Positions 37,977 through 47,462 of a DNA stretch of 64,000 nt are shown piece by piece (position 1 is the stretch's first letter; every line of letters starts with the position of its first letter). The notes under the pieces are model-generated. The model did not search any database and was not told the origin of the DNA. It saw nothing but the letters and a program-made list of their open reading frames with translations. Source of the stretch: Armatimonadota bacterium (GTDB taxonomy: Bacteria > Armatimonadota > Fimbriimonadia > Fimbriimonadales > GBS-DC); NCBI GenBank assembly GCA_037444405.1, contig JBBIML010000012.1:32001-96000 (forward strand), read 5' to 3'. The translations under genes and the position numbers were made by a program.

Positions 37977-40202
37977 ATGTTCAGCCGGGACCCTGCCATC
38001 TGGCGCGAGATGGGATTGAGCGATGCCGAGTATGCCCGCATCGTGGAGCTGATGGGGCGCGAGCCGACCGACACCGAGCTGGGCATGTTCGCGGTGATGT
38101 GGTCAGAGCATTGCGGCTACAAATATTCCCGCCCCGTGCTGCGTCTGTTCCGCAAGTATCGTGAGGCGCTGGAGGGTGCTGGCTTCGAGAACGCGGGCGT
38201 CGTGCCCCTGGATGAGCAGCTGGGCATCGCGATGAAGGTGGAGAGCCACAACCATCCGTCGGCGGTGGAACCCCATCAGGGCGCGGCGACGGGCGTCGGG
38301 GGCATCATTCGCGACATCTTCACGATGGGCGCCCGCCCGATTGCCATTCTCGACTCCCTGCGCTTCGGTCCACCCGATGAGCCGCGCAACCGCTACCTGC
38401 TCGAGCATGTGGTGGCGGGCATCTCCAGCTATGGCAACTGCATCGGCGTGCCGACCGTGGCGGGCGAAATCTACTTTCATCCCTGCTATTCGGGCAACCC
38501 GCTGGTGAACGCGATGGCGGTTGGCGTTGTGCCGCTGGAGCGCATCGTTCCCGCCCGCGCCGATGTGCCTGGCAGCGCGGTGATGTATGTCGGCTCCAGC
38601 ACAGGACGCGACGGCATCCACGGCGCCACCTTCGCCTCCGAAACGCTCGGCGATGACCAGCAGGAGAAACGCCCCAATGTGCAGATTGGCGACCCGTTTA
38701 TGGAGAAGCTGCTCATCGAAGCGACGCTGGAGGCAATCGAGACGGGCGCGATACTGGGTATGCAGGATATGGGCGCAGCAGGGTTGACCTGCACCACCTG
38801 CGAGCCGACCGCCAAATCGGGCACGGGCGTCGATATCGATGTCGCCTTAGTGCCCACGCGCGAGCCGAACATGACGCCCTATGAGATTATGCTCTCCGAA
38901 TCGCAGGAGCGGATGCTGCTCTATGTGCAGGCGGGTCGTGAAGCGGAGGTGGCGGCGGTCTATCGCAAGTGGGGTCTGAACGCGGTGGTCATCGGGCGCG
39001 TGACGGACGACGGCATCGTGCGCGTGCGCCATCGGGGCGAGGTGGTGGCGGAAATCCCCGCCCCTTATCTCACCCGCGAATGCCCCACCTACTACCTGCA
39101 AACGGAAGAGCCTGCCTACTTGCGAGAGGCTCAACGCTTATCGCTGGACGATGTGCCCCTGCCCGACGATTGGAACGATGTGCTGCTGCGCCTGCTCCGC
39201 TCGCCCAGCATCGCGAGCAAGCGATGGGTCTACGAGCAGTATGACTGGCTGGTGGGCACGCAGACGGTGCTGGCACCGGGCAGAGCCGACGCTGCCGTGT
39301 TGCGCCTGCGCGAGAGCGAGAAGGGCATCGCGCTCAAAATCGACGGCAACGGACGCTACTGCTATCTGCATCCCTATCGGGGAGCGCAGCTGATTGTGGC
39401 GGAAGCCGCCCGCAATGTCGCCTGCACGGGCGCACTGCCACGCGCCATCACCGACTGCCTCAACTTTGGCAACCCGCAACGCCCCGAAATCTTCTATCAG
39501 TTCGAGCAGTGCGTACGCGGGATTGCCGACGCCGCCGAGTTTTTCGAGACGCCTGTCATCTCTGGCAATGTGAGCTTTTACAACGAGAGCGAGCAGGGGG
39601 CGGTGTTTCCGACGCCCACCATCGGCATGCTGGGCGTGCTGGAGCGGGTGGACGATTGCGTCGGCGCGGGCTTCCCGGAGGCGGGGCTGACGGTGCTGCT
39701 CGTGGAGCCGCTCCAGCCCGCGGATGACCCGCTGCAGGGTCTGGGCGGCAGCGAATATCTGTCGGTGATTCACGGTCTGGAGCGCGGCACACCACCCGCG
39801 CTGAATCTGTCAGCGGAGAAGTCGCTCCATTGGTTTCTGGTGGAGGCGGCGCGACGGCGACTGATGCGTTCTGCGCACGACCTCAGCGAGGGCGGTTTCA
39901 CCGTTGCGCTCGCCGAATCGGCGCTGATCGGCGGCGTCGGCGCATGGGTGCAGATCAATCCAGAGGATCCAATCAGGCTCGATGCCCTGCTGTTTGGCGA
40001 ATCGCCCACGCGCGTAATCCTCTCCGCCGAGCCGGATCGGGTGTCCGCACTCCAGCAGTTAGCCGCGAGCTACCAGCTCCGCTGCCAGAAGCTGGGCTAT
40101 ACTGGCGGCGATCGCCTCGTCATCACACAGGGCGACCACCTGCTGATAGACCTGCCCCTCACTCACTGCCGGCACGCCTACGATGCCTTTCCGACCCCTT
40201 GA
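37977..40202 (+). CDS. purL: Phosphoribosylformylglycinamidine synthase subunit PurL
   Basis: [65 protein letters not shown]. Confidence 0.97.
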   Translation: MFSRDPAIWREMGLSDAEYARIVELMGREPTDTELGMFAVMWSEHCGYKYSRPVLRLFRKYREALEGAGFENAGVVPLDEQLGIAMKVESHNHPSAVEPHQGAATGVGGIIRDIFTMGARPIAILDSLRFGPPDEPRNRYLLEHVVAGISSYGNCIGVPTVAGEIYFHPCYSGNPLVNAMAVGVVPLERIVPARADVPGSAVMYVGSSTGRDGIHGATFASETLGDDQQEKRPNVQIGDPFMEKLLIEATLEAIETGAILGMQDMGAAGLTCTTCEPTAKSGTGVDIDVALVPTREPNMTPYEIMLSESQERMLLYVQAGREAEVAAVYRKWGLNAVVIGRVTDDGIVRVRHRGEVVAEIPAPYLTRECPTYYLQTEEPAYLREAQRLSLDDVPLPDDWNDVLLRLLRSPSIASKRWVYEQYDWLVGTQTVLAPGRADAAVLRLRESEKGIALKIDGNGRYCYLHPYRGAQLIVAEAARNVACTGALPRAITDCLNFGNPQRPEIFYQFEQCVRGIADAAEFFETPVISGNVSFYNESEQGAVFPTPTIGMLGVLERVDDCVGAGFPEAGLTVLLVEPLQPADDPLQGLGGSEYLSVIHGLERGTPPALNLSAEKSLHWFLVEAARRRLMRSAHDLSEGGFTVALAESALIGGVGAWVQINPEDPIRLDALLFGESPTRVILSAEPDRVSALQQLAASYQLRCQKLGYTGGDRLVITQGDHLLIDLPLTHCRHAYDAFPTP

Positions 40203-40239
40203 CTTTTTTGTCAGGCGTCGGGTATATAATAGGGCGTAA

Positions 40240-40266
40240 TGGGCACTCGCGAATGGCGAGTGCTAA
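40240..40266 (+). promoter_or_regulatory. CIRCE element (HrcA operator)
   Basis: TGGGCACTC-N9-GAGTGCTAA versus consensus TTAGCACTC-N9-GAGTGCTAA, between TATAAT (40225-40230) and groES. Confidence 0.9.
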
Positions 40267-40315
40267 TTTTATGCGGTTCGCGTACCAGGCTCGCAACGAA
40301 GGAGGTGTAATAACA

Positions 40316-40603
40316 ATGCTGAAACCTATCGGTGATCGTGTGGTGGTCCGCCCCAAATCGGCGGAAGAGATGACAAAAAGCGGTATTATATTGCCCGATA
40401 CAGCGAAGGAACGCCCGCAAGAGGGTGAAGTGATGGCGGTAGGCACAGGACGCATACTGGATGACGGACGAGTCGTCCCGCTGGAAGTCAAGGTCGGTGA
40501 TCGAGTGCTTTTCTCCAAATATGGCGGCACCGAGATTAAACTCGGCAACGAGGAGTATATTATATTGCGCGAAGACGATATTCTCGCCATTCTGCAAGAC
40601 TGA
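40316..40603 (+). CDS. groES: Co-chaperonin GroES
   Basis: [37 protein letters not shown]. Confidence 0.97.
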   Translation: MLKPIGDRVVVRPKSAEEMTKSGIILPDTAKERPQEGEVMAVGTGRILDDGRVVPLEVKVGDRVLFSKYGGTEIKLGNEEYIILREDDILAILQD

Positions 40604-40617
40604 GGAGGTGAGCAACG

Positions 40618-42225
40618 ATGGCAGCGAAGGAGATTCTGTATAATGAGCAGGCACGCCACGCGCTGGAGCGCGGAGTGGATGCTATTGCGAACGCGGTTAA
40701 AGTTACGCTCGGTCCGCGCGGGCGCAATGTGGTGCTGGAAAAGAAGTTCGGCTCGCCAACCGTGATTAACGACGGCGTAACGATTGCCAAAGAGATTGAA
40801 CTGGAAGATCGGTTTGAGAACATGGGGGCGCAACTGGTGCGCGAGGTTGCGTCCAAGACGAACGATGTGGCAGGCGACGGCACGACCACCGCGACGGTGC
40901 TGGCGCAGGCAATCTTCAAGGAAGGGCTGAAAGCCGTCGCCGCAGGCGCCAACCCCGTCCAGGTCAAGCGTGGCATCGAGCGTGCCGTCGAAGCCGTTGT
41001 GAACTATATCCGTGAGGTCGCCATCCCCGTCGAGGGGCGTGAAGCCATCGAACAGGTGGCGACCATCTCCGCGAACGACCCCGCTATCGGTAAGGTTGTC
41101 GCCGACGCCATCGAAAAGGTCACCAAAGATGGCGTGATCACTGTCGAAGAATCGAAGGGCACGGAAACCACCCTCGAGATTGTGGAGGGCATGCGCTTCG
41201 ATCGCGGCTACATCTCGCCCTACTTCATCACCGACCCGGAGCGCATGGAAGCCGTGCTGGAGGAGCCTTATATCCTGCTCTACGAGAAGAAGATTAGCGC
41301 GGCGCAGGACCTCATCCCGATTCTGGAGCAGGTGGTGCGCGCGGGCAAGCCGCTGTTGGTCATCTGTGAGGATATGGAGGGCGAGGCGCTGGCGACGCTG
41401 GTGGTGAACAAGCTGCGCGGCGTGCTGCAGTGCGCCGCCGTCAAAGCGCCCGGCTTCGGCGAGCGACGCAAGGCGATGATGGAAGACATCGCCATCCTCA
41501 CCGGCGGCACCTTCTTCACCGAAGACCTCGGCATTAAACTGGAGAACATCCGCCTGGAGCAGCTCGGTCGCGCCGAGAAGGTGATTATCGAGAAGGAGTA
41601 CACCACCATCGTCGGCGGCAAGGGCAAGCCCGAAGCCATTCAGGGACGCATCGCCCAGATTCGCAAACAGATCGAAACCACCGAGTCGGACTACGACCGC
41701 GAGAAGCTGCAGGAGCGACTGGCGAAGCTGGCGGGCGGTGTCGCCGTGATCAAGGTCGGCGCTGCCACCGAGACCGAGCTGAAGGAGAAGAAGTCGCGCT
41801 TCGAAGACGCCATCCACGCCACCAAAGCGGCTGTGGAAGAGGGCATCGTGCCCGGTGGCGGCGTCACACTGGTGAACGCCATCCGCGCGCTGGATAACCT
41901 GCAGGCGGAGGGCGACGAGCGCATCGGGATTAACATCGTGCGCCGCGCGCTGGAAGAGCCGCTGCGCCAGATCGCCCAGAACGCAGGCGCGGAAGGCTCC
42001 GTCATCGTGGAGAAGGTCAAGGAACTCCCCGCTGGACACGGCTTCAACGCCGCCACTGGCGAGTTCGTCGATATGGTCAAAGCGGGCATCGTCGACCCCG
42101 CCAAGGTGGCACGCACCGCACTGGAGAACGCCGCATCGATCGCCTCCATGCTGCTGACCACCGAGGCGCTGGTCGCCGAACTGCCTGAAGAGAAGGAGAA
42201 AAAGGCTTCCACCTCCCCCTACTGA
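40618..42225 (+). CDS. groEL: Chaperonin GroEL
   Basis: [42 protein letters not shown]. Confidence 0.99.
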   Translation: MAAKEILYNEQARHALERGVDAIANAVKVTLGPRGRNVVLEKKFGSPTVINDGVTIAKEIELEDRFENMGAQLVREVASKTNDVAGDGTTTATVLAQAIFKEGLKAVAAGANPVQVKRGIERAVEAVVNYIREVAIPVEGREAIEQVATISANDPAIGKVVADAIEKVTKDGVITVEESKGTETTLEIVEGMRFDRGYISPYFITDPERMEAVLEEPYILLYEKKISAAQDLIPILEQVVRAGKPLLVICEDMEGEALATLVVNKLRGVLQCAAVKAPGFGERRKAMMEDIAILTGGTFFTEDLGIKLENIRLEQLGRAEKVIIEKEYTTIVGGKGKPEAIQGRIAQIRKQIETTESDYDREKLQERLAKLAGGVAVIKVGAATETELKEKKSRFEDAIHATKAAVEEGIVPGGGVTLVNAIRALDNLQAEGDERIGINIVRRALEEPLRQIAQNAGAEGSVIVEKVKELPAGHGFNAATGEFVDMVKAGIVDPAKVARTALENAASIASMLLTTEALVAELPEEKEKKASTSPY

Positions 42226-42250
42226 CACACAGACCACTCACCCCCCAATA

Positions 42251-42279
42251 GCCGGGGCTGAAAAGCCCCGGCATTTTTT
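42251..42279 (+). terminator. Intrinsic terminator after groEL
   Basis: GCCGGGGCT-GAAA-AGCCCCGGC then ATTTTTT. Confidence 0.85.
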
Positions 42280-43042
42280 ACTGGCTCTGAACCCTCGACG
42301 CCGCCCCCACCTTCGAACGCCGCCAGTAGAGATAGACGCCTATCGCCATCACGGCTATCGCCGCCAGATGACCATAAGTCCAGAAGCCCGCTATCGGCTC
42401 GGAGGTCGCGCCTGCCCGAAAGAACTCCACGAGGAACCGATACAGCCCATGCAACATCAGAAACAGCGCGAACAGCTGACCCTGAAAGCGACAGCGCGGC
42501 TCTAGCCGAACCAACACCACAAAAATCATCAGGTTCATCAGGGTTGAGTAGAGCTGGGTGGGATGCACGGGCGTGCTGAGCGCGGGGAAGCGCACGCCCC
42601 ACGGTAAATCGGTCGGTTGACCGTAGCAGCAGCCTGCCAGAAAGCAGCCGATTCGCGCAATCGCATAGCCGAGCGCGAGCGACGGCGCCGCCAGATCCGC
42701 CACCTGCCAGGCGTTCAGTCGGCGTCGCCATACCAACCAGAGACCCATCAGCGCGCCCGTCGCAAACCCGCCGAAAAACGACAGCCCGCCCTCCCACACG
42801 CGCAGAACGCTCCACCAATCACCCTGATAGAGGCTCCAGTTGGTCAGCACATAGACCAGTCGCCCGCCAACAATCCCCGCCAGCACCATCGCGAACGACA
42901 GGTCATACACCGTGTCGCGGGCGATCCCGTAGCGGGATGCGGCGCGTGCGCCCCGCCAGGTCGCCAGCAGAATCCCGATTGCCCACATCAAGCCGTAGGT
43001 GTGCAGCGCGAAGTCGCCCCAGCGCACCAGATCGGGCATCAT
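42278..43042 (-). CDS. lgt: Prolipoprotein diacylglyceryl transferase
   Basis: YGLM, GGRL.YV, WEGGLSFFGG, RIGCFLAGCCYG, HPTQLY, RFLVEFFR. Confidence 0.95.
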   Translation of the reverse strand: MMPDLVRWGDFALHTYGLMWAIGILLATWRGARAASRYGIARDTVYDLSFAMVLAGIVGGRLVYVLTNWSLYQGDWWSVLRVWEGGLSFFGGFATGALMGLWLVWRRRLNAWQVADLAAPSLALGYAIARIGCFLAGCCYGQPTDLPWGVRFPALSTPVHPTQLYSTLMNLMIFVVLVRLEPRCRFQGQLFALFLMLHGLYRFLVEFFRAGATSEPIAGFWTYGHLAAIAVMAIGVYLYWRRSKVGAASRVQSQ

Positions 43043-43512
43043 GGCGATTGCGCCTCCTCCGATTCGGCAGGCTGCTCCGACCCCGCACGCGAGCCGAAAA
43101 ACTGCAACAGCACCAGCCCCACCAGCGCCACCGTAATCGCCATATCCGCCACATTAAAGACGGGCCAGAGCAGCAGATCGAACATGTCCACCACATAGCC
43201 GTGTCGCAGGCGGTCGATGAGGTTGCCCGCTGCGCCGCCGAACAGCAATCCCAGCAGCGCCTGCACCGCGCGCGGCGGCTTCGCCCGACGCAGATACAGC
43301 ACAATCCCGCCCATCACGATCAGCGAAAGCGGGACCGTGAGCCAGCCCCTGCCATCTAACAAGCCGAACGCAATCCCCGTGTTGTGCGTGCGCGTCAGAT
43401 GGAACACGCCGGGAATCACAGGCAGACTCTGAGAGGGGTGCAGGCTGCTCACAACCCACTGCTTGCTTGCCTGATCCAGCACCAGTACCGCCGCTGCCAC
43501 CAGCCAGAACAT
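43039..43512 (-). CDS. lspA: Lipoprotein signal peptidase II
   Basis: DQASK, NTGIAFG, GNLIDR, VVD, FNVAD. Confidence 0.96.
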   Translation of the reverse strand: MFWLVAAAVLVLDQASKQWVVSSLHPSQSLPVIPGVFHLTRTHNTGIAFGLLDGRGWLTVPLSLIVMGGIVLYLRRAKPPRAVQALLGLLFGGAAGNLIDRLRHGYVVDMFDLLLWPVFNVADMAITVALVGLVLLQFFGSRAGSEQPAESEEAQSP

Positions 43513-43587
43513 GCCACCCAGAGGATACCCGCTCTATGCCCGCCCAGGCGTGCTGATGGTGTAGCGCCGTTGTTGACACGCCTGAAC

Positions 43588-44289
43588 CTACTTCACGGCT
43601 GCCTTCTGGCGCAGACCGAGCCGAATGTTGAGAACCTCTACCCCCAGCGCGAACGCCATCGCGAAGTAGATGTAACCCTTGGGAATATGATAGCCAAAGC
43701 CCTCGCCTAACAGGTTGAAACCCACCAGCAGCAGGAACGCCAGCGCCAGCACCTTCAGCGACGGATGCGCATCGATCAAACGGCTCACCGTACCCGAAAA
43801 GAGCATCATAAAGATAAGCGCCAGCACCACCGCCGTGATCATCACCCACAGCTGGCGTGCCATCCCCACCGCCGTGATGACCGAATCAACCGAAAAGACC
43901 AGATCGATGAACAGAATCTGCACCACAACCGCCCAGAAGGAGAGAAATGCCCGCTTCACCATCGACTGAGAGGCGACTTCGAGCTTGTGATGAATCTCAT
44001 AGGTCGCCTTGCCCATCAGGAACAGCCCACCGAGAATCAGCACCAGGTCGCGCCCCGAAAAGGCATTACCAAAGATTGTGAACAGCGGCTGCTCCAGCCT
44101 CATCAGCCATGTGAGCGAGAGAAGGAACAGCACCCGTAGGATCAGTGCGAGGCTCAAACCCACCAAACGCGCCTTCACCCGCTGATCAGGCGGCAGTTTG
44201 TCCGATAAAATCGAAATAAACACCAGATTGTCGATACCCAGCACAATCTCCAGCGCCGTCAGCGTGATCAGAGCAATAACCGCTTCCAT
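43588..44289 (-). CDS. TerC family membrane protein
   Basis: LEIVLGIDNLVFI, DLVFSVDSVITAVG, PKGYIYFAMAF; start MEAVIAL at 44289. Confidence 0.92.
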   Translation of the reverse strand: MEAVIALITLTALEIVLGIDNLVFISILSDKLPPDQRVKARLVGLSLALILRVLFLLSLTWLMRLEQPLFTIFGNAFSGRDLVLILGGLFLMGKATYEIHHKLEVASQSMVKRAFLSFWAVVVQILFIDLVFSVDSVITAVGMARQLWVMITAVVLALIFMMLFSGTVSRLIDAHPSLKVLALAFLLLVGFNLLGEGFGYHIPKGYIYFAMAFALGVEVLNIRLGLRQKAAVK

Positions 44290-44349
44290 CGGGGCATAGT
44301 GTACCCGCTGTGGATGGGGTATACTTCTGGGGTCAGAGGACGGCAAGCG

Positions 44350-44592
44350 ATGGCAACGGTCAGAACAGGCGGATTTATCGGGCGCCTTGTGAAACGGGTT
44401 CAGACCTGGTTCAACGAGGTCACGGCAGAGTTGAAGCGGGTCGTCAAGCCGACGCCAGAGGAGACCACCCAGATGATGATGGTGGTCATCGGCTTCATTC
44501 TGATAGTCGGCATCTGGTTCGCGCTGTGGGATGTGATCTTGACCAATCTCACGGTTCGAATCGAGCAGTGGGCGGAGCGTATCGGCAAGTAA
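44350..44592 (+). CDS. secE: Preprotein translocase subunit SecE
   Basis: ELKRVVKPT then a single TM helix; directly upstream of nusG. Confidence 0.9.
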   Translation: MATVRTGGFIGRLVKRVQTWFNEVTAELKRVVKPTPEETTQMMMVVIGFILIVGIWFALWDVILTNLTVRIEQWAERIGK

Positions 44593-44602
44593 GGAGCGAG
44601 CG

Positions 44603-45130
44603 ATGCGACGGGCATGGTATGTGGTGCGCACGCTGGTCGGGCACGAGAACAAGGTCAAGCTCGCGATTGAGAAGCGGGCAGCCGCGCGCGGGCTGACCGA
44701 TCGCATCTTTCAGGTGCTGATCCCGACCGAGCGCGAGGTGCGTACAAAGGGCGGCAAGAAGCAGACCCTCTCGCGCAAGGTGTTCCCCGGCTATGTGCTG
44801 GTGGAGATGATCTTAGACGACGAGAGCTGGACGCTGGTGCGCACGACGCCGGGCGTCACAGGCTTCATCGAATCGGGCGGTAAACCCGTTCCGCTCTCGC
44901 CCGAAGAGGTGGAGGATATCCAGCGCTCCATCGAGGAGAGCAAGGAGCGCCCGCGTGTAAGCTACCTGCCTGGCGACGCTGTGCGCGTCACCGCCGGCGC
45001 CTTCGCCGACTTCAACGGCAAGGTCGAAAGCATCGACTACGAACGCAATCGCGTCAAGGTGCTCATCAACATCTTCGGGCGGGAGACGCCCGTCGAACTG
45101 GAACTGGACCAGATCGAAAAGGTCTCATAG
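44603..45130 (+). CDS. nusG: Transcription termination/antitermination factor NusG
   Basis: [33 protein letters not shown]. Confidence 0.97.
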   Translation: MRRAWYVVRTLVGHENKVKLAIEKRAAARGLTDRIFQVLIPTEREVRTKGGKKQTLSRKVFPGYVLVEMILDDESWTLVRTTPGVTGFIESGGKPVPLSPEEVEDIQRSIEESKERPRVSYLPGDAVRVTAGAFADFNGKVESIDYERNRVKVLINIFGRETPVELELDQIEKVS

Positions 45131-45143
45131 GAGGGATACAGGG

Positions 45144-45569
45144 ATGGCAAAAAAGGTGATGACGGTAATCAAGTTGAACCTGCCTGCGGGCGCAGCGACG
45201 CCTGCGCCGCCTGTCGGACCCGCGCTGGGTCAGGCAGGGGTCAACATTATGGAGTTTGTGAAGAAGTTTAACGAGCAGACGGCGAACCAGCGCGGCTCCA
45301 CGCTACCCGTGGAGATAACCGTCTATGAGGATCGCTCCTTCACCTTCGTGGTAAAGCAGCCGCTGGCGTCCGACCTCATCAAACAGGCGGCGGGCATCGA
45401 GTCCGGCTCACCCAACCCGCTCCGCCAGAAGGTGGGACGCATCACACGGGAGCAACTGCGCCAGATCGCCGAACGCAAAATGCCCGATCTGAACGCCAAC
45501 GATATCGAAGCCGCCATGCGAATTATTGCAGGCACTGCCCGCTCGATGGGCGTCGAAATCGTCGACTGA
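45144..45569 (+). CDS. rplK: 50S ribosomal protein L11
   Basis: [26 protein letters not shown]. Confidence 0.99.
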   Translation: MAKKVMTVIKLNLPAGAATPAPPVGPALGQAGVNIMEFVKKFNEQTANQRGSTLPVEITVYEDRSFTFVVKQPLASDLIKQAAGIESGSPNPLRQKVGRITREQLRQIAERKMPDLNANDIEAAMRIIAGTARSMGVEIVD

Positions 45570-45585
45570 ACACAGGAGGCAACCG

Positions 45586-46332
45586 ATGAGAGGACGCAAA
45601 ATCGCCAAACGACAGGCACATAGCGAACGCTATCTGAAACTTTTACAGCTGATCGACAAAACGCGCCTCTACTCACCCGAAGAGGCGATCCGGCTGGTGA
45701 AGCAGACCGCCACCGCGAAGTTCGATGAAGCGGTCGATATGGCGGTCAATCTGGGCGTGGACCCGCGCAAGAGCGACCAGATGGTGCGCGGCGTGGTGAA
45801 CCTGCCACACGGTACGGGCAAAAAGCAGAAGGTGATGGTGTTCGCCAAAGGCGAACAGGCGGAGGCGGCTCGCGCCGCCGGCGCCGACCTCGTGGGCGCG
45901 GAAGACCTCGTGGAGCAAATCCAGAAAGGCTGGAAAGGCTGGAAAAACTTCGATCTGATCGTCGCCGCGCAGGATATGATGCCCATTATCAGTCGCGTCG
46001 GCGGGATTCTCAAAGCGCGGATGCCGAACCCGAAATCGGGCACGGTATCGCCCGACCCTGCGAAGGTCGTCAGCGACATCAAGCAGGCGTCGCGCGTGGA
46101 GTATCGCGTGGACAAGGCAGGCATCGTGCATATGCCCATCGGGCGCGTGTCGTTCAGCGAGGAGCAGCTCTTGGAGAACTTCGCCGTCGCGCTGAACGCG
46201 CTCCTGCGTGCCAAGCCTGCCACCTCACGCGGACGCTACCTGCGCGCCATCACCCTCTCCAGCACGATGGGACCGGGCATCCCCATCGACCCGAACCTCG
46301 CGCAGAAGCTGGCGGAGCAGGTGAAGTCCTGA
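45586..46332 (+). CDS. rplA: 50S ribosomal protein L1
   Basis: KFDE, LGVDPRKSDQMVRG, LPHGTGK, MPNPKSGTV, STMGPGI. Confidence 0.98.
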   Translation: MRGRKIAKRQAHSERYLKLLQLIDKTRLYSPEEAIRLVKQTATAKFDEAVDMAVNLGVDPRKSDQMVRGVVNLPHGTGKKQKVMVFAKGEQAEAARAAGADLVGAEDLVEQIQKGWKGWKNFDLIVAAQDMMPIISRVGGILKARMPNPKSGTVSPDPAKVVSDIKQASRVEYRVDKAGIVHMPIGRVSFSEEQLLENFAVALNALLRAKPATSRGRYLRAITLSSTMGPGIPIDPNLAQKLAEQVKS

Positions 46333-46333
46333 T

Positions 46334-47350
46334 TCAGTCACCCGTCGCGTTGCGCAGATGCTCGGCGGCGTCTTCGGGCGCGGTGATGTTGATGTAGATG
46401 CCCGTGCCCATCTCGAAGCCTGCCGGTATCGACAGGCGCGGCACCAGCACCAGATGCCAGTGGAACAGCGGCTCGCGTTCGAGGTTAATCGGCGCGGTGT
46501 GAATCATATAGTTGTACGGCGGGTCGCCCAACAGCCGATGGAGCCGTTGCAGGATATCCTGAAGGGTGGCTGCGAACGCCTTCAGCACTTCGGGCGGCTC
46601 CTGCGCAAAGTGGGACGCATGGCGCAGCGGCAGGATGCACACTTCGAACGGGAAGCGCGAGGCGAACGGCGTGAACACCAGAAAATGCTCGTTCTCCAGC
46701 ACCACGCGCCTGCCGAACGCGCGCTCCTGCTGAATCATATCGCAATAGATACAGCGGTCGCGATAGTCGGAGTGGCGGGCGATGCCGTCGAGCTTGAGCT
46801 GCACCTCCATCGGCACCATCGGCAGCGCGACCAGCTGCGAATGGGGATGCTCCAGCGAGGCGCCCGCCGTGCGACCATGATTGCGAAAAATCAGCACATA
46901 TTTGAAGCGGGTATCGCGCTGGAGATCGAGCGCGCGCTCCCGATACATCCAGAGGACTTCCTGCCACTGTTCAGGCGGCATGGTGGTGGGGTGCAGGTTG
47001 TGCGTGGGCGTTTCGATAATCACCTCGTGCGCGCCGACGCCGTTCATCACATCATAGATGCCGAACCCCTGTCGGCTCAGCTCGCCTTCGCTGGCGAGCG
47101 CGGGATACTTGTTCGGCACGGTGCGCACCCACCAGCCGGGCGTGTCAGGCGCGCTGCCCGCTTCGCGGAAGGCGCAGATTTCGGGCGGGGTCTGATGCTC
47201 ATTACCGGGGCAGAAGGGGCAGCTCTCCAGAAAGGCTGGCAGTGGCGGTGTGTCCGCCCCGCTTTTGCGAAAGTCGTGCGGGCGACGGCTGCGCTCCGTC
47301 GCGATAATCACCCATTCCCGCGTGACGGGATCGCGTCTGAGTTCTGGCAT
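46334..47350 (-). CDS. galT: Galactose-1-phosphate uridylyltransferase
   Basis: ELRRDP, CPFCPGNE, NKYPAL, GASLEHPHSQ (HxHxQ), GFEMGTG. Confidence 0.93.
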   Translation of the reverse strand: MPELRRDPVTREWVIIATERSRRPHDFRKSGADTPPLPAFLESCPFCPGNEHQTPPEICAFREAGSAPDTPGWWVRTVPNKYPALASEGELSRQGFGIYDVMNGVGAHEVIIETPTHNLHPTTMPPEQWQEVLWMYRERALDLQRDTRFKYVLIFRNHGRTAGASLEHPHSQLVALPMVPMEVQLKLDGIARHSDYRDRCIYCDMIQQERAFGRRVVLENEHFLVFTPFASRFPFEVCILPLRHASHFAQEPPEVLKAFAATLQDILQRLHRLLGDPPYNYMIHTAPINLEREPLFHWHLVLVPRLSIPAGFEMGTGIYINITAPEDAAEHLRNATGD

Positions 47351-47462
47351 CGTCAAGATTATGCCATATCGCGCCCTGTAATCTCACCGTTTCGGGTATC
47401 ATTCTGGCGTTGCCGTTCGGCAATAGCGCAAATACCGACTCATACAAGGGAGGCATGTAAGT

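Noticed and set aside
40159..42237. 692-aa minus-strand ORF
   Set aside because: Antisense shadow of groES-groEL caused by GC-rich codon bias; no recognisable domain.
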